From: Actinomycetes bacterium
GTDB lineage: Bacteria; Actinomycetota; Acidimicrobiia; Acidimicrobiales; Ilumatobacteraceae
Direction: 5' to 3'
Length of the DNA: 64,000 nt
NCBI GenBank assembly: GCA_023417265.1
Contig: JAEZFY010000344.1
Location: 12,367 to 76,366, forward strand
The notes beneath the pieces are model-generated. The model ran no database searches. It saw only the letters and a program-made list of their open reading frames with translations, and was not told the DNA's origin. Below, piece by piece: positions 10,027 through 19,687 of the stretch; position 1 is the first letter of the stretch, and every line of letters begins with the position of its first letter. The position numbers were made by a program, and so were the translations under genes.

Positions 10027-10995
10027 GTGGCCTACTCGGAAGAGTCCGTGGTCGAGCCGGGAGCGAGCGCAGAGACGGCGTCGTCGACCGAGCCGATCCG
10101 ATGCGTGGCGGTCAGTGCGGTCGCCAGTGATCACCCGCTGCGAACGTCAGGCGTATCGGCCCATCGGGTCACCGCCCTGTGCGAGCGGCCCGACGCATGG
10201 TTGCCGATCCTCGTCTCCGCACGGACCAACCACGTGATCGACGGGCTGCATCGGCTCGCCGCCGCGGAGCGGATCGGTGTGACCATCGTCCGTGCCGAGT
10301 TCTTCCACGGGTCGCCGGCACAGGAAGTGTGTGAGTTCATCCGACGTAACGGGGACGCGTTCGACTTGAGTCGCGAGCACCGACAGCAGGCATTGCGAGA
10401 AGTGCTCGACGAACACCCTGAGTGGGCCGACCGACGTATAAGTGAGATGTGTGGGATGTCACCCAAAGCCGTTGCCAGGGTGCGCCAACGAATCGTGTGC
10501 GGCGACGCTGGTACCACCTCCAGAGTCGGACGCGATGGACGGTCGCGGCCGGTCGACCCCGTTCGCCAGCGAATCCTCATCGTCGAGGCGTTGCGCGAGG
10601 CCCCCGAATCGTCGCTTCGCATGATCGCTCGCGAGCTGGGTGTGTCGCCGGAGACGGTGCGACGCGTGCGCCTGCAGCTCGAGGACGACCGCAACCTCGC
10701 GACGCCGTGCGACACCCGTTCCGACATCGTCATCCGCGCAGAGACGCAGCATCACAATGCGCCGCCCCGGTCGTGGAACGACGACCATGCCTTCCAGTCG
10801 CGCGTGGAAGGTACCGAAACGGTCGAGTTCCTCGAACGTACTCGGGTGTGCGAGCAGGATGTAACGAGGTACGCCCAAGCGGTGCCGCTCAGCCGGGTCT
10901 ACGAGATCGCCGACGAGGCACGCCGCCGGGCGGCGGTGTGGGCGCGTCTGGCCGACAGCGTCGAGACCCGCGCCCGGGTGCATGCCCGGCGCTGA
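10027..10995 (+). CDS. StrR-family transcriptional regulator (ParB/Srx N-domain + two HTH-like segments), copy 1
   Basis: PILV...VIDGLHRLAAA ParB-N motif; WADRRISEMCGMSPKAV; RVGRDGRSRP; SLRMIARELGVSPETVRRVR, the layout of StrR/NovG/Bbr/Dbv4. Confidence 0.85.
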   Translation: MAYSEESVVEPGASAETASSTEPIRCVAVSAVASDHPLRTSGVSAHRVTALCERPDAWLPILVSARTNHVIDGLHRLAAAERIGVTIVRAEFFHGSPAQEVCEFIRRNGDAFDLSREHRQQALREVLDEHPEWADRRISEMCGMSPKAVARVRQRIVCGDAGTTSRVGRDGRSRPVDPVRQRILIVEALREAPESSLRMIARELGVSPETVRRVRLQLEDDRNLATPCDTRSDIVIRAETQHHNAPPRSWNDDHAFQSRVEGTETVEFLERTRVCEQDVTRYAQAVPLSRVYEIADEARRRAAVWARLADSVETRARVHARR

Positions 10996-11004
10996 GCGAC
11001 GCCG

Positions 11005-11910
11005 TCAACGCTCGCGGCGCGCTCGTTCGATATCGCGATGCAACTGGCGTACCAACTCGTCGATGGACGAGAACCGCTGCTCGGGTCGCAGCCATCTGGT
11101 GAAGGCGACGTCGATCGTCGAACCGTAGAGATCTCCGTCGAAGTCGACCAGGTGCGCCTCCACGAGCCGCTCACCGTCGTGCTCGACGGTTGGTCGCACG
11201 CCGATGTTGACGGCTGCTGCGTACCGACCACCGCCGGGCAGCGTCACCGTCGCCGCATACACGCCCGAGCGCGGAATCATGCGATGGGCATCGCCGAGGT
11301 TGGCGGTGGGAACGCCGATCGTCCGGCCGAGCCCGGCGCCGTGCACGACCTGCGCTCGCAACGTGAACGCCCTGCCGAGCAACTCGTTGGCGACGCCGAT
11401 CGCTCCGTCGTGGAGCGCTCGGCGAATTCGGTCAGTGGACACGCTGAAACCGTCGGAACCGTGCCAACGGGAGGCCTCGTGCACCTCGACGACGCCAACC
11501 CTTCTCAACACATCACGTAGCATCGGCCGACTGGCTTGCGGAGCGTCGTCAGGGCAGGCGATCACCACCGTCGCGGGCTGGATCGCCGCCATGACGACTC
11601 GCAGTGACTCGGCCCCGGAGTCGACATCGGTGAGCTGGCCGATGTGACATGCGAGCACCCGCGTCGCCCCGAGACGGACGAGCGATTCGCATCGCTCGGC
11701 AACCGGCATCAGCTGGTGCTGGCGGTCGCCGTCGTCAAGCACGAGCGCCTGCAGTGGCAAGGTACGCCGTGTGGCAACAGCGCGCGCCTCATCGACAAGC
11801 TGCCGGTGGCCGCGGTGCAGACCGTCGAACCGTCCGGCAACCAGTACGAGCTGCGGTGCGGCCGGGTCGCCTCGCCAGCCGCTACGACCCGTGGCCTCGT
11901 GGCCGTTCAC
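11005..11910 (-). CDS. ribF: RibF-like riboflavin kinase with a divergent FAD-synthetase domain
   Basis: GRFDGLHRGH; kinase motifs GRTIGVPTANL, NIGVRPT, VEAHL, LRPEQRF; middle of the adenylyltransferase domain is divergent. Confidence 0.85.
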   Translation of the reverse strand: MNGHEATGRSGWRGDPAAPQLVLVAGRFDGLHRGHRQLVDEARAVATRRTLPLQALVLDDGDRQHQLMPVAERCESLVRLGATRVLACHIGQLTDVDSGAESLRVVMAAIQPATVVIACPDDAPQASRPMLRDVLRRVGVVEVHEASRWHGSDGFSVSTDRIRRALHDGAIGVANELLGRAFTLRAQVVHGAGLGRTIGVPTANLGDAHRMIPRSGVYAATVTLPGGGRYAAAVNIGVRPTVEHDGERLVEAHLVDFDGDLYGSTIDVAFTRWLRPEQRFSSIDELVRQLHRDIERARRER

Positions 11911-12039
11911 GTGAGTTTGCCTCCTTGCCGACCGGTGCCCGAGTGCACGAAGAAACTAGGAGGCTCACGCTCGAAGCATTCGCGATCGCCGGTTGGACGA
12001 CGTCGGGCTGGGTTCCTCGCCTGCCCGTCACTCCAAGGC

Positions 12040-12234
12040 GTGTATGACTCACGCGGCGAGATGCTCGACGCGGCGCGCGCGATCGTCGCAGCCACCGCAG
12101 AGTGCTCAGTCGAGGCGGTGCGAATGATCAAGCGGATCATCCGGACGTCCCGGGAGATGACCGTCGAACAATCCGAGTCCGTGCAGCTGGCACTCGAGCA
12201 GGCACGCTTCGATCGCCAGTCGTTGCGCGACTGA
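12040..12234 (+). pseudogene. Probable C-terminal remnant of an enoyl-CoA hydratase-family gene
   Basis: EMLDAARAIVAATAECSVEAVRMIKRII resembles the crotonase C-terminal helices; no N-terminal part upstream. Confidence 0.45.
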
Positions 12235-12240
12235 CGGCTC

Positions 12241-12816
12241 CTACACGACGTGCGGTGGGCGGACCTCGACGGGGCGCTGGTAGGACACGTCGGTGCGATC
12301 CCAGGTGCCGCGTGTGAACCATTGGAGGTGGTCGGAGCTCATGTCCGTTGGGCTCGGCAGGGGCACGGTCCACTCCATGACGACCCGTCGCCGTTTGATC
12401 GCCCATCGGCCGTTCTCGCGTGTCATGTAGTCGATGTATCGGCCGCCCGCGGCCTGGATGGCAGGAACTGCTCGGAGCTCACCGAAGAACAGGTAGTGCG
12501 TCTCGCAATGGGCTTCGTCGCCACGCAGGTCGACGACGTGGTTCAGCACGAGATGCTGGTGCACGGTGTAGTTGAAGTGCACCCCGGCATCGGTCGGCGA
12601 TCCGTTGCACCACTCGATGAAGTCGGATGCAGTGCCACGAAACGTGCCGTGGTCGTCGTACCCGTCGGGGTGATAGGCGGTCGCGATCAGCTCCGGGTCG
12701 TGGCGATCCATGCCCCTGGCGCAGCGGCAGATGCAATCCCAGATGTCTTGTCGATCGACCAGCTCCTGCAGACGTGACGAGGTCGGGGCGGAATCGGTGT
12801 GGTCGGTGTGGCTCAT
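12241..12816 (-). CDS. SnoaL/NTF2-like protein
   Basis: DRQDIWDCICRCARGMDRHD, YHPDGYDDHG, GGRYID, GRWAIKRR. Confidence 0.88.
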   Translation of the reverse strand: MSHTDHTDSAPTSSRLQELVDRQDIWDCICRCARGMDRHDPELIATAYHPDGYDDHGTFRGTASDFIEWCNGSPTDAGVHFNYTVHQHLVLNHVVDLRGDEAHCETHYLFFGELRAVPAIQAAGGRYIDYMTRENGRWAIKRRRVVMEWTVPLPSPTDMSSDHLQWFTRGTWDRTDVSYQRPVEVRPPHVV

Positions 12817-12829
12817 GGGGCGAGTCCCT

Positions 12830-13259
12830 TCACGAACTGTTGCGGGCGAGCTGGTTGAAGGGAAGGTCGCGGTCGGAACCCGGCTCGCGGGGCAATCCGA
12901 GCAGCCGTTCGCTGATGATGTAGCGCTGCATCCCGTTGCTGCCACCGGCGATCGTGCCCCCGCGGCTCTCCAACCACTTCGTGCCGACATTGTCGGTCCG
13001 GGGCGACGCTCCGTCCCATCTCTTCGGCCACGATCACGGCATCGGCCACCGGCCGACCCGACAGCGATCCGCCTCCCAGCCGCTCGGGAACGAACAGCGA
13101 TGTCCAGCCGAGGGCGGCGGCCTGCCGCCACCACGGACGGTCGAAACCCTCGGGCGATTCGTAGAGCGCTCGTACGTCGGCGAGCGTCGCACGGTCGTCG
13201 AGGAAGCGCCGTGTCGTGTCCCGGAAGAGCTCCTGATCGCCAGTCAGTTCGAGGTGCAT
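12830..13259 (-). pseudogene. Remnant of a two-gene acyl-CoA dehydrogenase pair collapsed by a large deletion
   Basis: 5' part MHLELTGDQELFRDTTRRFL...EEMGRSVAP matches the N-terminus of 48692-49822; after ~12998 another frame reads TDNVGTKWLESRGGTIAGGSNGMQRYIISERLLGLPREP, matching the C-terminus of 47448-48695. Confidence 0.9.
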
Positions 13260-13299
13260 GGACGACTCGTTCCCCCGGGATGCGTGCTGGACATGGTGA

Positions 13300-14196
13300 T
13301 CATTCTTTGCCTTTGTCCATCAAGGCCATCCGTTCCTGGCTGATCTCGGTGTCGAGCCGTCGCTCGATCTCCTCTGGCGTCCAGCGGTCGCTGGCGAACA
13401 TGGAGCGCACCTCACGCGGCTGGTTCCACACAGCGATCTTGTTGCCGTTTGCCGTGTACACCTGGCCGGTGACGTGTCGCGCCCTGTCGGAGACGAGGTA
13501 CACGGCGAGCGGGGCGACATCCTCCGACTGGCCGATGTTGCTCGCCGCCTTGACGGTGAGACTCATCGGGCCCGTCCAACTCTGCGCTTCGTCCATCATC
13601 CGCGTGAATGCGGCGGGCGCGATGGCGTTGGCTGTGATGCCCTCATCGCGGTAGGTGAGGGCTGCGCTGCGCACCAGGGAAACGATGCCGCCTTTTGCCG
13701 ACGAGTAGTTCGGTTGAGCGACCGTGCCGACGTAGCTCGCCGATGTGTACGCCAGCAACGAGCCGGTCTGGCGGGCGCGCATCGCCGGGAGCGCCGCTCG
13801 GAACATCGTGAACGTGCCGGTCAGATGGACGGCGAGCACGCCGGTCCACTCCTCCTCCGTCATCTCGTGGAGCGGGTTCGGCCGAAGGATTCCGGCTGCG
13901 CAGATCACGGCGTCGAGCTGCCCGTAGGTGTCGACGGCGGCCGAGACGATCTGCTCGGCCCCGGTAAGCGTGGTGACGGAGGTGCTCATCGCGGTGGCCG
14001 AGCCCCCCCGCGCGGCGATGCCGTCGGCGACCTCCTGGGCGACGGCTGCCTCCGGCGACTCGCCGCGCACGGTGACGCCGTTGTCGGCCACCACGACGTT
14101 GGCGCCCGCCCCGGCACAGGCTTCGGCCGCCGCGCGGCCCAACCCGCGGCCCGCGCCGGTCACGATGACGGTTCGCCCCTCGAGGTATCCGGTCAC
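13300..14196 (-). CDS. SDR (MFE-2-like hydroxyacyl-CoA dehydrogenase type)
   Basis: TGAGRGLG, AAGILR, VHLTGTF, NYSSAKGG. Confidence 0.92.
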   Translation of the reverse strand: MTGYLEGRTVIVTGAGRGLGRAAAEACAGAGANVVVADNGVTVRGESPEAAVAQEVADGIAARGGSATAMSTSVTTLTGAEQIVSAAVDTYGQLDAVICAAGILRPNPLHEMTEEEWTGVLAVHLTGTFTMFRAALPAMRARQTGSLLAYTSASYVGTVAQPNYSSAKGGIVSLVRSAALTYRDEGITANAIAPAAFTRMMDEAQSWTGPMSLTVKAASNIGQSEDVAPLAVYLVSDRARHVTGQVYTANGNKIAVWNQPREVRSMFASDRWTPEEIERRLDTEISQERMALMDKGKE

Positions 14197-14984
14197 GACG
14201 TGCCCTCCGGGATCCCGGCGGCGGAGCGGAGATCGCCTTCATGGATCACGCCGAGGCCCTCGAGTGCGGCGCCATACCCGAGCAGATCCACTGCGGTGCG
14301 ACGCAGCTCGTGGGTGAACAGCAGCCGGGTGTACCGCAACACGAGCGGGTTCTGCTGGATCAGCTCGCGGGCGAGCTCCCACGCCCGATCGAGGAGTGAC
14401 CCGCGCTCGTGCAGTTCGTTGACCAACCCGAGGTCGAGCGCCTCTTGCGCCGACAACACCTGACCGGTGAGGAGAAAATAGCGGGCTCGGTTGAGGCCGA
14501 GCAGCAGCGGGAACACGAAGTTGACGCTGTCGCCTGGGAGCATGCGGTTGCGGAAGTGCGCTGAGTCCTGGAAGCACGCGTCCGGGGTGGCCAACACGAT
14601 GTCAGCGAGCAGCGGAATCTCGGGGTGCCGGTAGGCGGGCCCGTTCACGCAGCTGATCACGATCGCGTCGAGGTTGAGCAGGTTCGTGGTCAGCATCATC
14701 CCTGCACGGATGGTGGAGTCCCATTGGAGCGCGGTCGACGAGGGGAACGTGCCGGGTGAGGATGCGGGGCCGGAGAACTGCTCTCCGGTACCCGTCATGA
14801 TGATCACCTTGTTCACGGGATCGCGATGGATGTCGGAGAACGCCTGCCCGAACTCGTAGTGGGGCCCGCGGCCCCACATCAGCGGGCCGTCGTCGGTGTG
14901 GAACCGCAGCTCGAGGATGCCTCCTTCCCGGTGCATCTTGATCGTCGAGTACCGGTCCTTGTAGTCGTCGAACGATGTCGTCAT
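14193..14984 (-). CDS. 6-oxocamphor hydrolase (CamK)-like crotonase (beta-diketone C-C hydrolase family)
   Basis: LMW, HYE, NKVIIMTGTG, NGPAYRHPEIP, FQDSAHF...PGD, NRARYFLLTGQ, RAWELAR match my recollection of Rhodococcus CamK, including the His/Asp dyad. Confidence 0.8.
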   Translation of the reverse strand: MTTSFDDYKDRYSTIKMHREGGILELRFHTDDGPLMWGRGPHYEFGQAFSDIHRDPVNKVIIMTGTGEQFSGPASSPGTFPSSTALQWDSTIRAGMMLTTNLLNLDAIVISCVNGPAYRHPEIPLLADIVLATPDACFQDSAHFRNRMLPGDSVNFVFPLLLGLNRARYFLLTGQVLSAQEALDLGLVNELHERGSLLDRAWELARELIQQNPLVLRYTRLLFTHELRRTAVDLLGYGAALEGLGVIHEGDLRSAAGIPEGTS

Positions 14985-15063
14985 CGGTGAACCTTCCAGG
15001 GATGGTTGGAGTGAACGGAAATGCCGGAAATGCGAAGCTGTGAGCGGTGAGTGAATCCGCTGG

Positions 15064-15822
15064 TCAGCTGAGCGTCCAGGTGGCGCCACCTTCCAACGGG
15101 ATCAACACCCCGTTGATGTAGGAGGCCGCAGGGGCGAGCAAGAAGCAGATCGCCACAGCAACCTCTTCGGGTTCGCCGACGCGAGGGATCGGATATCTGG
15201 AGATGTGCTCGCGCACGCGCTCGGACGTCATTGCCTTGGCGATGCGTTGCGTGTTGGTGTACAGGGGGGCGACGGCGTTGACGCGCGGGCGTCCCCGGTG
15301 CTTGACCGCGTGGTGACGCATCAGCCCGGCGATCGCCGCCTTGGCTGCGGGGTACCAGTCGGCCATGTCGTCGCGCACCCAGAGGTTGCCCGCGACCGAC
15401 GACGAGTACGTCATGCTGATGGCGCTGTTGGGATAGTTGGCGACGAATCCGTCGGCCACCATCGCGTACGAACCGACGGCGAGCGCGACGCCGGCAGCGA
15501 CGTCGAGCGGAGTACGCGCGGCGGGTCCGGCATTGTTCACCAGGTACTGAACCGGAGCGTCGAACCCACGGGTGGTCGCCCACGCGGCATCGATCGCATC
15601 TTGTGTTGAGAGGTCGGCGACGACTCCATGACAGACGCCGCCCGCCGCCGAGATCTCCTTGGCCAGCACGTCGAGGTTGGCCTCGTCGATATCCCAGGCG
15701 ACCACGGTGACGCCGGCACGGGCCAACATCAGCGCGGTGGCGCGGCCGATTCCGAGTGCAGCCCCAGTGACGACGGCGTGCTGCCCGGCCTCGAAACCGA
15801 GCCCGGACACATCGATTTGCAT
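15064..15822 (-). CDS. Short-chain dehydrogenase/reductase
   Basis: TGAALGIG, NNAG, YPAAK, YINGVLIPLEGG. Confidence 0.9.
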   Translation of the reverse strand: MQIDVSGLGFEAGQHAVVTGAALGIGRATALMLARAGVTVVAWDIDEANLDVLAKEISAAGGVCHGVVADLSTQDAIDAAWATTRGFDAPVQYLVNNAGPAARTPLDVAAGVALAVGSYAMVADGFVANYPNSAISMTYSSSVAGNLWVRDDMADWYPAAKAAIAGLMRHHAVKHRGRPRVNAVAPLYTNTQRIAKAMTSERVREHISRYPIPRVGEPEEVAVAICFLLAPAASYINGVLIPLEGGATWTLS

Positions 15823-16025
15823 GCCTTCGGTCCTTTCCTCATCGATTCTGATTTTGCCTGCGGAAGCCGCGGTCGCCCTGTCTCCGTGCGACCGTCCGTC
15901 GAGTGCCGAGTCCGCCGCGCGGCGCTCCGTGAGGTTGCCACTTCGTTCGATGGCGAGCGAGCGGTGACCAACTGTGGCGACCAGTGTGGATCCCCGATCG
16001 CGCAGCGCGATTGGCGGTGCCGTGG

Positions 16026-16034
16026 CAGTTGGAC
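16026..16034. promoter_or_regulatory. Recurrent motif CAGTTGGAC (variant GACCAACTG at 15966-15974)
   Basis: Exact copy in a 410-bp divergent intergenic region; GTGGCAGTTGGACA is identical to 53301-53314. Confidence 0.55.
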
Positions 16035-16233
16035 AACACCCGAGGTGCTCGCGCGCGCGTCGCCCGCAATCGTGGCCTCGGCACCAGCCCTGACCAGGCA
16101 TGACGAACCGAGGGCGCCGCCGCGCGCACCGCGGCCGCGACCAACTCCGCTCCCTGGCCAGCCGCTTCCGGCGCATGCCAAGCTGACTTTGGCGTCGGCC
16201 GAAGGGGCGGAGACGCGCACGAGAGGAGTTGGC

Positions 16234-16983
16234 ATGGATTCGCAGGCACTGGCCGGCAAGATCGTCCTGGTGACCGGAGCTGCGCGCTCGATCGGCGCCG
16301 AGATGTCGACGTACTTCGAGGAACACGGGGCGACGGTCGTGCGGACCGACATCGACGACGGCGGTCGCGACGTGCGCCGGTTGGATGTCACCTCGGCAGG
16401 GGACTGGGCCTCGGTCGTCGCCGATGTGAAGGCGGACCACGGCCGCATCGACGGCCTCGTCAACAACGCGGCTGTACTGTTCCAGGCAGGCCCGTTTTGG
16501 GACGAGACCGACGAGCAGTTCGCGCGAATGCTCGACGTCAACGTGATGGGAACGTGGCTCGGGCTGCAAGCGGTGACCCGGGTCATGGCCGAGCACGGTG
16601 GGGGGTCCGTCATCAACTTCTCCTCGACCTCCGGCATGATGGCGGCTGCACCGTTCACCGGGTACGGCACGACACGTTGGGCCGTGCGCGGGCTCACCAA
16701 GCACGTCGCGATGGGTTTGGCCGCCCACAAGATTCGTGTGAACTCGTTGCATCCGCACGGCATCGCCCAGAGCGCGATGGTCGAGATGTTCTCGCCGCAG
16801 AAGCCCAAGCGCGAGGCCGACCGCTTCCGCAAGCAGCAGGGACAGTCGAACCCGATGGGACGTCTCGGGAGCTACGACGACGTGTCTGCGATGGCGACCT
16901 TCCTGCTCTCGGACGACGCCACATGGATCACCGGGCGGGAGTTCGTGCTCGACGGCGGTGCCAGTTTGGCGACCAGCCAGTGA
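16234..16983 (+). CDS. SDR with YxxxR active site, copy 1
   Basis: TGAARSIG, NNAA, YGTTRWAVRG, WITGREFVLDGG; RBS GAGGAG. Confidence 0.9.
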   Translation: MDSQALAGKIVLVTGAARSIGAEMSTYFEEHGATVVRTDIDDGGRDVRRLDVTSAGDWASVVADVKADHGRIDGLVNNAAVLFQAGPFWDETDEQFARMLDVNVMGTWLGLQAVTRVMAEHGGGSVINFSSTSGMMAAAPFTGYGTTRWAVRGLTKHVAMGLAAHKIRVNSLHPHGIAQSAMVEMFSPQKPKREADRFRKQQGQSNPMGRLGSYDDVSAMATFLLSDDATWITGREFVLDGGASLATSQ

Positions 16984-17813
16984 GCGCTCCTCGCGTCGTC
17001 ACCGAGGGGCTGGGGTTCATCGAGGCCCCACGCTGGCGCGCCGGGCGCCTGTATTACTCCGACTTCTCCGCCCGGACCGTGAGCTCGGTCGACGTCGATG
17101 GCCACGTCGTCCGCCACGCCTACGTCGCCGGCCAGCCGTCGGGCCTCGGGTTCACCCCTGACGGCGCCCTGCTGGTGGTGTCGGTCCATGAAGGTCTCCT
17201 GCTCCGAATCGACGAGTCCGGGCCGTCGGTGTTCGCCGACATCGGCTCGACCTACCGTGGAAATCTCAACGACATGCTCGTCGACACGGCCGGGGGAGCG
17301 TACGTCTCGGCATTCCCGCAGCACGTCGTGGGTGCGGCCACAGGGCAGGTTCACGGCGAACCGTCCGTACCCCTCCTACGTGTCGACCCCGACGGAGCGG
17401 TGTCGGTCGCGGCCGACGATCTGGGCATCCCGAACGGCATCGCCTTGACCCCCGACGGCCGCACCCTCATCGTCGCCGAGACGATGCGCAACGTCCTGAC
17501 GGCATTCGACGTCGCCGACGACGGCCGGCTCAGCGGTCGACGCGAGTTCGCTCCCACCGGGAACCGCAAGCCCGACGGCATCTGCCTCGACGCTGACGGG
17601 GCGGTCTGGTTCGGGAGCCCGTTCACGTCGGAGTTCGTGCGGGTGGCAGAAGGCGGCGAGGTGCTGGCCGTGGTCGACACACCCGGGCGTTGGGCGGTCT
17701 CGTGCGCTCTCGACGACGGCGGGTCGCGGCTGTGGTGCGCCACGGTCGAGGTGACGCTCGACCAATACCGCAACGGGGAAGGTCGCGGGGCGATCGAAGT
17801 CGTCTCGATCTGA
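16980..17813 (+). CDS. SMP-30/gluconolactonase family protein
   Basis: FIEAPRW, LNDM, PNGIALTPDGRTLIVAET, PDGICLDADGAVW; GTGA overlap with the SDR. Confidence 0.92.
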   Translation: MSAPRVVTEGLGFIEAPRWRAGRLYYSDFSARTVSSVDVDGHVVRHAYVAGQPSGLGFTPDGALLVVSVHEGLLLRIDESGPSVFADIGSTYRGNLNDMLVDTAGGAYVSAFPQHVVGAATGQVHGEPSVPLLRVDPDGAVSVAADDLGIPNGIALTPDGRTLIVAETMRNVLTAFDVADDGRLSGRREFAPTGNRKPDGICLDADGAVWFGSPFTSEFVRVAEGGEVLAVVDTPGRWAVSCALDDGGSRLWCATVEVTLDQYRNGEGRGAIEVVSI

Positions 17814-17828
17814 CGCCTGAGGAGAAAC

Positions 17829-19028
17829 ATGCAACCCTGGATGTTCGACGCCGACAACCACTACTACGAACCTGAGGACGTCTTCGACCGGTACGGCGAT
17901 GCCACGGTCAGAAAGTTCGTCAGGTGGATTGCCGATGGCCACCGCCGGCACCTCATGTTCGGCTCGCGCATCGGAACGGCGATCCCGAACCCGACCTTCG
18001 ATCCGATCGCCAAGCCGGGAGCTTTCCACGCGCGCCTGAAGGAGCTCGAGACCGGCTCCGGTGAGCGGGTGCTTTCGTCGCAGGACCGTCGGCGTTATGG
18101 CGAGCTCGAGCCGCTGCCACCGGAGTATCGCGATCGTGCGCGACGCCTGGAGGTGATGGACCGCCAAGGACTCGAACGGGCAATCCTTTTCCCGACGCTC
18201 GGCGTCGGCGTCGAGGGCCTGATCGACGACCCGGCGATGACGTACCGCGTGTTCGAGGCGTTCAACCGGTGGCTCGAGGAGGACTGGGGATTCGCTCACG
18301 AGAACCGGCTGTACGGAGCTCCTCACGTACCGCTGGTTGACCCCGATCTGGCGGCTGCGGCCGTCGAGTCGCTGGTGGAGCGCGGTGCTCGACTCATTTC
18401 GGTGCGGCCGGGGCCAGCCGACGGGCGATCACCTGCCGACCCGGTCTGGGACCCGTTCTGGGCGCGGGTGAACGAGGCCGAGGTGCCGGTGTGCTACCAC
18501 GGGTACGCTGGGCCCGATGCCTACGACGCGGCGTTCGAGCTGCTGTGGGAGCGCCAGACGCCGAGCGATCGGAGCTACCAGGGGGTGCTTCGGCATGCCT
18601 GGCGTGACTCCCGACCCGTGCTCGACACACTGATCGCACTGATCCTCGGCAATCTCTTCGGGCGGTTCCCGAACGTGCGGATCGCCTCCGTCGAGCTCGG
18701 CTCGGCGTGGGTGCCGTACTGCCTGCACGTGCTCGATCACGCTGGCGCACTGCTCGATCGGAGCATCTCGGCGTTCGGCACCGCAGTTGATGAGCGCCCC
18801 TCTGAAATCTTCAAGGAGAAGGTGTTTGTCTCACCGTTTCCGGAGGAAGACGTCGTCGGGCTGATCGAGCTGCTCGGCGACCGGCGAGTGCTGTTCGGGT
18901 CAGATTGGCCGCACCCGGAGGGCAACGTCGTGCCTGGCGACTTCGGCGCGTGCCTGGCGGGGCTCGGCGACGACACGGTTCGTCGAGTGATGCGCGAGAA
19001 CTCGATGGAGTTGCTCGGCGTGAGCTGA
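17829..19028 (+). CDS. Amidohydrolase_2 family protein
   Basis: FDADNHYYE, FNRWLEEDW, SVELG, FGSDWPHPEG. Confidence 0.9.
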   Translation: MQPWMFDADNHYYEPEDVFDRYGDATVRKFVRWIADGHRRHLMFGSRIGTAIPNPTFDPIAKPGAFHARLKELETGSGERVLSSQDRRRYGELEPLPPEYRDRARRLEVMDRQGLERAILFPTLGVGVEGLIDDPAMTYRVFEAFNRWLEEDWGFAHENRLYGAPHVPLVDPDLAAAAVESLVERGARLISVRPGPADGRSPADPVWDPFWARVNEAEVPVCYHGYAGPDAYDAAFELLWERQTPSDRSYQGVLRHAWRDSRPVLDTLIALILGNLFGRFPNVRIASVELGSAWVPYCLHVLDHAGALLDRSISAFGTAVDERPSEIFKEKVFVSPFPEEDVVGLIELLGDRRVLFGSDWPHPEGNVVPGDFGACLAGLGDDTVRRVMRENSMELLGVS

Positions 19029-19038
19029 CCTCCCGACG

Positions 19039-19580
19039 CTAGATCGCGAAGCCCCCGAGCTTGACGTCGAGGTACTCGGCAATACCTTCCCGGCTGCCTT
19101 CCCGGCCGAAGCCAGAGTCTTTGATGCCGCCGAAGGGCGCCGATGCCGAGGTCGGGTTGACGTCGTTCACGCCCACGATGCCGAATCGCAGACGCTCGAA
19201 GGTTCGCACAGCGATCGACAGGTTGCGCGGAGGTCACTCCGTCGAGCACGGTCGGCGTGTAGCAATGGCCGGCATCGTGGGGAGCAGTGGTCAGCCGTGA
19301 TCCGTTTGTCAGCACGTGGGCGCCGAGCGCCTGGGCATCTTCGACCTGGGCTGCGACCTTGTTGACCGCGATCGCTCCGACGAGCGTGTCGACGAAGGCA
19401 TCGCGTGCGCTCGTGTGCATGCAGCAGCGGTTCGGGCTGCTGCGACGGCTGTCGACGCGTCGGGGGCGTCACCATCGGGCACCGACCACAGGACATCGCC
19501 GGTAGCGGGGTTGATGACGTCGAAGCTGCGCCCCGAACAGGCTTCAAGCCAGGCACCTCGGATGTAGATACTCCGAAAAT
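19039..19580 (-). pseudogene. Aldehyde dehydrogenase (GabD/SSADH-like) remnant with several internal deletions
   Basis: Pieces in different frames: FDVINPATG (N-term), KVAAQVEDAQALGA...YTPTVL (middle), GIVGVND...[16 protein letters not shown]...EYLDVK (C-term); about 0.55 kb versus about 1.45 kb for a full ALDH. Confidence 0.85.
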
Positions 19581-19687
19581 GTACGGGCCTGCCCAGCGGC
19601 GACTCGGTGCGGCAGCTGTCCAACCGTGACGGCGGGCGCCGTGCGTACCGTGACGGCGTTCGGGGGACCGACCAAGGGGGTTTGCAG

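Noticed and set aside
10027..10995. ParB as evidence of a plasmid or partition system
   Set aside because: No parA, rep or canonical parS seen; architecture matches StrR-type regulators
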